Positions 59,782 to 64,000 of a stretch of 64,000 nucleotides of DNA are shown in pieces. This DNA comes from an uncultured Candidatus Competibacteraceae bacterium. GTDB taxonomy: Bacteria > Bacteroidota > Bacteroidia > CAIKAF01. The stretch covers positions 91,752-155,751 of the forward strand of contig CAZOEO010000005.1 in assembly GCA_964578885.1 (NCBI GenBank), read 5' to 3'. The stretch's first letter is position 1. Each line of letters begins with the position of its first letter. Below the pieces are notes generated by a model. That model did not search any database, was not told the origin of the DNA, and saw nothing but the letters and a program-made list of their open reading frames with translations. The position numbers and the translations under genes are program-made.

Positions 59782-59975
59782 ATTCACAATTCACATCGGT
59801 TGTTCACAAGAAAGATATCCACATGAACAAAGAGAAAGGAACAATGTGAATAACCATGCAAATGCAATATTATCAAACAAATAAAAGCTAATAACCTGTG
59901 AACAACGGCTCATAATTCACATTACCAAAAGAACAGGAAACAGGTTTTACACAAATGAACAGTGCATATGAATAC
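59782..59975. promoter_or_regulatory. array of TGTGAAC / TTCACA half-site motifs in the divergent rpiB–oxidoreductase intergenic region
   Basis: At least 9 occurrences of ttcaca / tgttcac / tgaaca / gtgaata / tgtgaacaa within ~200 bp. Confidence 0.3.
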
Positions 59976-60071
59976 AGAAAGAATTATTTAAATTTTCTTT
60001 TTTATTTCATTGTATAAAGGTTGTGCAAAACCTTTTTTCCGGTGGGCTTCTTTGATGTTTACCTTTGAATC

Positions 60072-61091
60072 ATGAAATCCTGGACGCTGATACAACATGG
60101 CCACAAAGCAAGTGAATGCTTTCAGATGAGAGAGCAAGATGGTCCTGCGCTTTCTGCAGGTCAGGTGCGGATTCAAGTGAGTCATTCCGGGATAAACTTT
60201 GCAGACATTTTGTCGATGTATGGCAAATATGGTGGGGCGCCAAAATTGCCTTATACGCCTGGTTATGAAGTGGTCGGAAGGATTGTGGAAATAGGTTCCG
60301 CCGTTCATGATATCGCCATTGGGACACGTGTTTTGGCATTTACCCGTTTTGGTGGTTATGCCAGTGAAGTGGTGGTGAATACGCAACAATGCGTTCCTAT
60401 TCCTGAGGAATGGGATGGCGCGATGGCTACGGCATTGGCCACGCAATATGCGACAGCCTGGTATATGATTCAGGATATGGCTTTTATACGTCCAGGAGAT
60501 CGTGTTTTGGTTCCGGCGGCAGCGGGCGGTGTGGGCCAGGCACTTATGGATATGGTGACATTCCGCGGTGGAGACGCCGTGGGTATTGTTTCACGTGAAA
60601 CATCCCGATTATTTCTTCAGGAAAGAGGCCATAGCCAGGTAATACAAGTATCCCACGGAGCCTGGTGGCGTTTAAAGGATTTGGGTTCGTTTAAAGTCAT
60701 ATTTGACGCCTCAGGCGGGATATCTATTCGCGAAGCATGGAAACATTTGGTTCCCGGAGGAAAACTCATTGCTTACGGAGCTTCTTCGCGTGTAGGCTCC
60801 TGGGGAATACTGCGCGATTTGAAATTGGTTTTTGGATTTGGGATTGTTTTTCCTTTACAAAAGTTGATTGATTCACAAAGTTTTATGGGCGTGAATATGT
60901 TGGTGGTGGCAGATGAACGTCCGGATGTATTGCAATCGTTGTTGCGCGAAGTAACGATGTTGATAAAGGACGGATTACTGCCCTTTCCATCGGCCAGGTC
61001 GTTTCCGGTGAATCGATTGGAAGAGGCTTATAAATCTATTTTAGACAGGCAGCATCAGGGGAAACTGGCGTTGGTTTGGGATGAAGATTGA
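60072..61091 (+). CDS. zinc-independent MDR-family NADPH:quinone oxidoreductase-like dehydrogenase
   Basis: GINFADILSMYGKY, PGYEVVGRIVEIG, NAD(P) motif AAAGGVGQA. Confidence 0.75.
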   Translation: MKSWTLIQHGHKASECFQMREQDGPALSAGQVRIQVSHSGINFADILSMYGKYGGAPKLPYTPGYEVVGRIVEIGSAVHDIAIGTRVLAFTRFGGYASEVVVNTQQCVPIPEEWDGAMATALATQYATAWYMIQDMAFIRPGDRVLVPAAAGGVGQALMDMVTFRGGDAVGIVSRETSRLFLQERGHSQVIQVSHGAWWRLKDLGSFKVIFDASGGISIREAWKHLVPGGKLIAYGASSRVGSWGILRDLKLVFGFGIVFPLQKLIDSQSFMGVNMLVVADERPDVLQSLLREVTMLIKDGLLPFPSARSFPVNRLEEAYKSILDRQHQGKLALVWDED

Positions 61092-61485
61092 TTTTTACAT
61101 CAACCACACTTCAATCTTTTTTACGCCCTGTGATGGAGTCCTTTTATCCTGAATGATGAGAAGAACACGTTTTTAAGCCACCTTTCGTTTTAAATGGACT
61201 ATGACGTTGATGATTTGTTTCAAGAAAATAGCAATGAATCAACCGATTGACTGAAATATTCTTTTCTTATCTGATACCCTTTTTACAATTTTTTGACCAG
61301 GTGTACAGAGTATAAACAGAATGGGATTTACATAGATTCGGGTAAATAATGGGTTGAAAATTGTGATTTTTTCGCGTGCCCTGGGCTTAAATAGACATCG
61401 TTTAAAAATATTCTTTCCAACTTTCTAATTGGAAGTAGTTACTCTTTTCATTTTTGCTTGATTATATCGTTTTTTTATACAGAAT

Positions 61486-62709
61486 ATGATTCTTAATATT
61501 GATCAATTATTGACCAATTTTATGAGTAATAATCTCCTGAAGTTTCATTTGTCTTTGGTTATTTGTCTGGTGGTTTTAGGAAAAGCGAGCAGTCAATCCG
61601 GAGTGACCATTGGGGCAAATTCTCCAAATCATCCGTCTGCGGTTTTAGATTTGCAGGGTACATCCGGAGGTTTGTTGTATCCGAGACTAACCACTACAGA
61701 GCGTAATGCGATATCGAATCCTGCCGTTGGATTGATGATTTTTAATACGACTTCTAAGTGTTTTGAAGGATATTTTGCCACCGGATGGAAGCAAACCAGT
61801 TGTGAGTGTATTTCATATCCCAGTCCGGCTTTTATCATTCCGTCGAATCCATCCATTACTACGCCAGTTGTTTTTAACGCATCGGCCACCGGAGTGGCAT
61901 ACAGCTGGAGTTTTTCCAATGCTACGCCGGCCACTTCTGCGGTTCAATCGCCCAGTGTAACGTATAGTGTAGCTGGTACCTATGCCGTAAAGTTGGTGGT
62001 AACCGACGCGAATGGTTGCAAAGACAGTTTGACGCAGAACATCACCGTATCCAATTGTCCGCCACCTGGAACACAGACTTTTACCTATAACGGAACAACG
62101 CAATCTTTTACCGTACCAGCTTGTGTAACAAGTATTCAGGTAGATGTGCGCGGGGCGCAGGGTGGAAATGGAGGAAATGGGCAATATTGTTCCAATACTG
62201 TTTTGGGTGGATTAGGAGGTCGTGTTCAAGCGACACTGGCAGTAACGCCCGGTCAGGTGATTACCGTGGTGGCAGGCCAACAGGGAAATGCAGGAAACAG
62301 CAATTGTTCAAGTGCTTGCAGTGGAGGAACGGGCGGCTATGGAGGTTTGTTTAACGGTGTAAATGGGAATAATACAAGTACGGGCACCACGGCCAGTGGC
62401 GGCGGCGGTGGTGGTGCATCTTATGTTCAGATAAGTGGCACTGCGGTAGCCATTGGCGGCGGCGGCGGTGGTGGCGGCGCCAATAACCACGGAAATGCAA
62501 GTTCAGCCGGAGGAAAAGGAGGTCATCCAACGTATGGCGGTAATGGTGGATGCGCGGCAGGTGCTTATGCCAATTGCAATTCATGTACCATTGGTAATGG
62601 TGGCGGTGGCGGTCAAGGAATTGGCGGACAAGGGTTTTCTTCCGGAACCTCGGTGACTACGCAGACCGGATTTCAAACTGGCCATGGCCAGGTAATCATT
62701 ACTTGGTAA
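61486..62709 (+). CDS. secreted protein: conserved N-terminal module + PKD domain + glycine-rich (TNF-like/GRD-like) C-terminal domain
   Basis: Signal peptide. N-terminal module homologous to that of 30657-31643 (LYPRLTTTERNAISNPAVGLMIFNTTSK). PKD-like VKLVVTDANGC. C-terminal FTYNGTTQSFTVPACVTSIQVDVRGAQGG... with runs of G. Confidence 0.6.
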   Translation: MILNIDQLLTNFMSNNLLKFHLSLVICLVVLGKASSQSGVTIGANSPNHPSAVLDLQGTSGGLLYPRLTTTERNAISNPAVGLMIFNTTSKCFEGYFATGWKQTSCECISYPSPAFIIPSNPSITTPVVFNASATGVAYSWSFSNATPATSAVQSPSVTYSVAGTYAVKLVVTDANGCKDSLTQNITVSNCPPPGTQTFTYNGTTQSFTVPACVTSIQVDVRGAQGGNGGNGQYCSNTVLGGLGGRVQATLAVTPGQVITVVAGQQGNAGNSNCSSACSGGTGGYGGLFNGVNGNNTSTGTTASGGGGGGASYVQISGTAVAIGGGGGGGGANNHGNASSAGGKGGHPTYGGNGGCAAGAYANCNSCTIGNGGGGGQGIGGQGFSSGTSVTTQTGFQTGHGQVIITW

Positions 62710-62721
62710 AAGCAATAAAAA

Positions 62722-62750
62722 AGGCCTTTCTATAACGGAAAGGCCTTTTT
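62722..62750. terminator. bidirectional rho-independent terminator between convergent genes
   Basis: aaggcctttc-tataacg-gaaaggcctt followed by ttttt. Confidence 0.6.
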
Positions 62751-62769
62751 CAATTTGGACAGGTTGATG

Positions 62770-63300
62770 TTAGATCCAGGTCCAGTGAAGGGTAACACTT
62801 ACTCCACCGGAGATGACTGTGGTCGAGTTTTTGGTAATGGAAATGTCGGTAAATGACCATCCACCAGCATATCCCATATATTCATCGCTAGAAGAATCAT
62901 CATAGTCGAAAAGATCCACATAGATGGTTTTGGACAAATCATTATGGTAGTAATCAATGTTCCACACATAGCTTCCGTTAGGACTTGCATTTTCCTTTCT
63001 ATTAGAAGTTCCTGTATGGTATAATGGCGTACCACTTACATCAGAAATAACTACATATACGTCTGGCAAATAATTTCCTGTGATTGGGTTGTTGTCCCAG
63101 GATTGTCCGGATGCATTTGTGCCGTTAAAGGAGTTAAGGGTGATTTTTGTAATTCTAACGGCCGTTTGCATAATTGGCGGGATATCGTCATTTCCGCCAT
63201 TGTCTTCCTCTTTAGCACAACTAAAAAGCATGGTTGCCGCCAAAAAAAGGCTCAAAAAATGGATGGTGTTTTTCATATTTATTATGTTTAATGAATTCAT
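62770..63300 (-). CDS. hypothetical lipoprotein
   Basis: Signal peptide with lipobox (MLFSC). 176 aa. Confidence 0.4.
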   Translation of the reverse strand: MNSLNIINMKNTIHFLSLFLAATMLFSCAKEEDNGGNDDIPPIMQTAVRITKITLNSFNGTNASGQSWDNNPITGNYLPDVYVVISDVSGTPLYHTGTSNRKENASPNGSYVWNIDYYHNDLSKTIYVDLFDYDDSSSDEYMGYAGGWSFTDISITKNSTTVISGGVSVTLHWTWI

Positions 63301-63381
63301 TCACAAAAGTCTACATAGTTTTTCTTGATTATATCATAAAAAAGTTCTAATATTGTACTAAACTGATTCTAATTTAGAACC

Positions 63382-63876
63382 ATGGAAACGTCAAAAGAGG
63401 ATAATAAGACCACGCCACCCAAACGTAAGTCGTTCGTTTTTGACAAAGACGCCTTACCGGGAGGAAGCAAATTCAAGGAAGAGCACGCGCATATTCCCTC
63501 CCGCATCAAGATGATTCGTATGGCCAAAAGCTTATCTCAGGATTATGTGGCCGGCAAGCTTGGAATCAGTCAGAAAGCCTATTCAAAAATAGAGAACAGC
63601 GAAACCCGCCTGAATGTAGATAAGTTGCTTCGGATTTCAGATATTCTGGAGGAGCCATTAAATTCATTGATTGGCGATGGTCAAAGCCCTGTTTTGGCGG
63701 ATTTTTCCAATAGGACAGGTGGAGATAATGTGATTTTTCAACAGCGGGAAAACGAAAAGCTGGAAGCCCTTTATAAAGAATTGCTCAAAGCCAAGGACGA
63801 GGTGATTCGTTCTAAAGACCATGAGCTGAAAATGAAGGATGAGATGATTGCGATATTGAAGAAGGCCTTGTCGTAG
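63382..63876 (+). CDS. XRE-family HTH transcriptional regulator with C-terminal coiled-coil
   Basis: HTH_XRE motif IRMAKSLSQDYVAGKLGISQKAYSKIENSETRLNVDKLLRISDIL. Confidence 0.6.
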   Translation: METSKEDNKTTPPKRKSFVFDKDALPGGSKFKEEHAHIPSRIKMIRMAKSLSQDYVAGKLGISQKAYSKIENSETRLNVDKLLRISDILEEPLNSLIGDGQSPVLADFSNRTGGDNVIFQQRENEKLEALYKELLKAKDEVIRSKDHELKMKDEMIAILKKALS

Positions 63877-64000
63877 ACGCATTTGTTGTCAGCCGTTTTG
63901 GTTGAAACCCTATTGGGTATCTGCGTTCCTTTATTTTTTCCTTTCCTTTGAACATGTCCAATACCCTGATATGTATTCCGGCCAGATATGGTTCTACCCG

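Noticed and set aside
59699-59884. Lys-rich 61-aa ORF in the rpiB–oxidoreductase intergenic region
   Set aside because: A-rich intergenic DNA translates to poly-K. It overlaps the TGTGAAC motif array and is more likely regulatory DNA than a gene.
62121-62656. Alternative-frame ORFs (62121-62354, 62308-62490, 62351-62584, 62453-62656) in the glycine-rich region
   Set aside because: GGN-codon repeats create open frames on both strands. The + frame starting at 61486 has the signal peptide and domain logic.
1-64000. CRISPR arrays, rRNA, tmRNA, RNase P, SRP RNA, riboswitches
   Set aside because: I looked for regularly spaced direct repeats and for hallmark conserved motifs of these RNAs in intergenic regions and saw none. 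This cannot be excluded without covariance-model scans.

Overview
This 64-kb window looks like a Bacteroidota chromosomal segment, based on a T9SS C-terminal sorting domain protein, a FISUMP-domain protein, tandem TPR sensor histidine kinases and DUF4175/DUF456-type genes. Clearly recognisable core genes are tig-clpP-clpX preceded by tRNA-Leu, tRNA-Asn, rbfA, ybeY, mnmG, pheS, rpiB, rseP, hemW, an ALDH7-type dehydrogenase and a YbdL-like aminotransferase. There are also many peptidases (M20, M48-like, M23, M13, M42, M28). I found no CRISPR array, integrase, transposase or rRNA. I flag seven things as worth a second look. (1) A five-gene, translationally coupled minus-strand operon at 35837-39045: KdsC-like HAD phosphatase, NeuB-like nonulosonate synthase without an SAF domain, a membrane di-iron fatty-acid hydroxylase and a pair of SMR (ArnE/F-like) proteins. 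This is a candidate undescribed sugar-acid/lipid modification-and-export system. (2) An rbfA-radical SAM/SPASM-M23-GH3 coupled operon. (3) An AT-rich patch directly 3' of tRNA-Asn that carries an extended Gp49/HigB-like toxin with an XRE partner. (4) Two paralogous secreted proteins that share an N-terminal module but carry different C-terminal domains, one FISUMP and one PKD plus a glycine-rich domain. (5) A roughly 230-bp repeat family in three copies flanking an orphan phnA/yjdC; one copy supplies the 3' end of a methyltransferase gene. (6) A dense array of TGTGAAC/TTCACA half-sites in the rpiB-oxidoreductase intergenic region. (7) A 1142-aa Q/E-rich coiled-coil membrane protein. All calls are from reading the sequence and translations; no searches were run.
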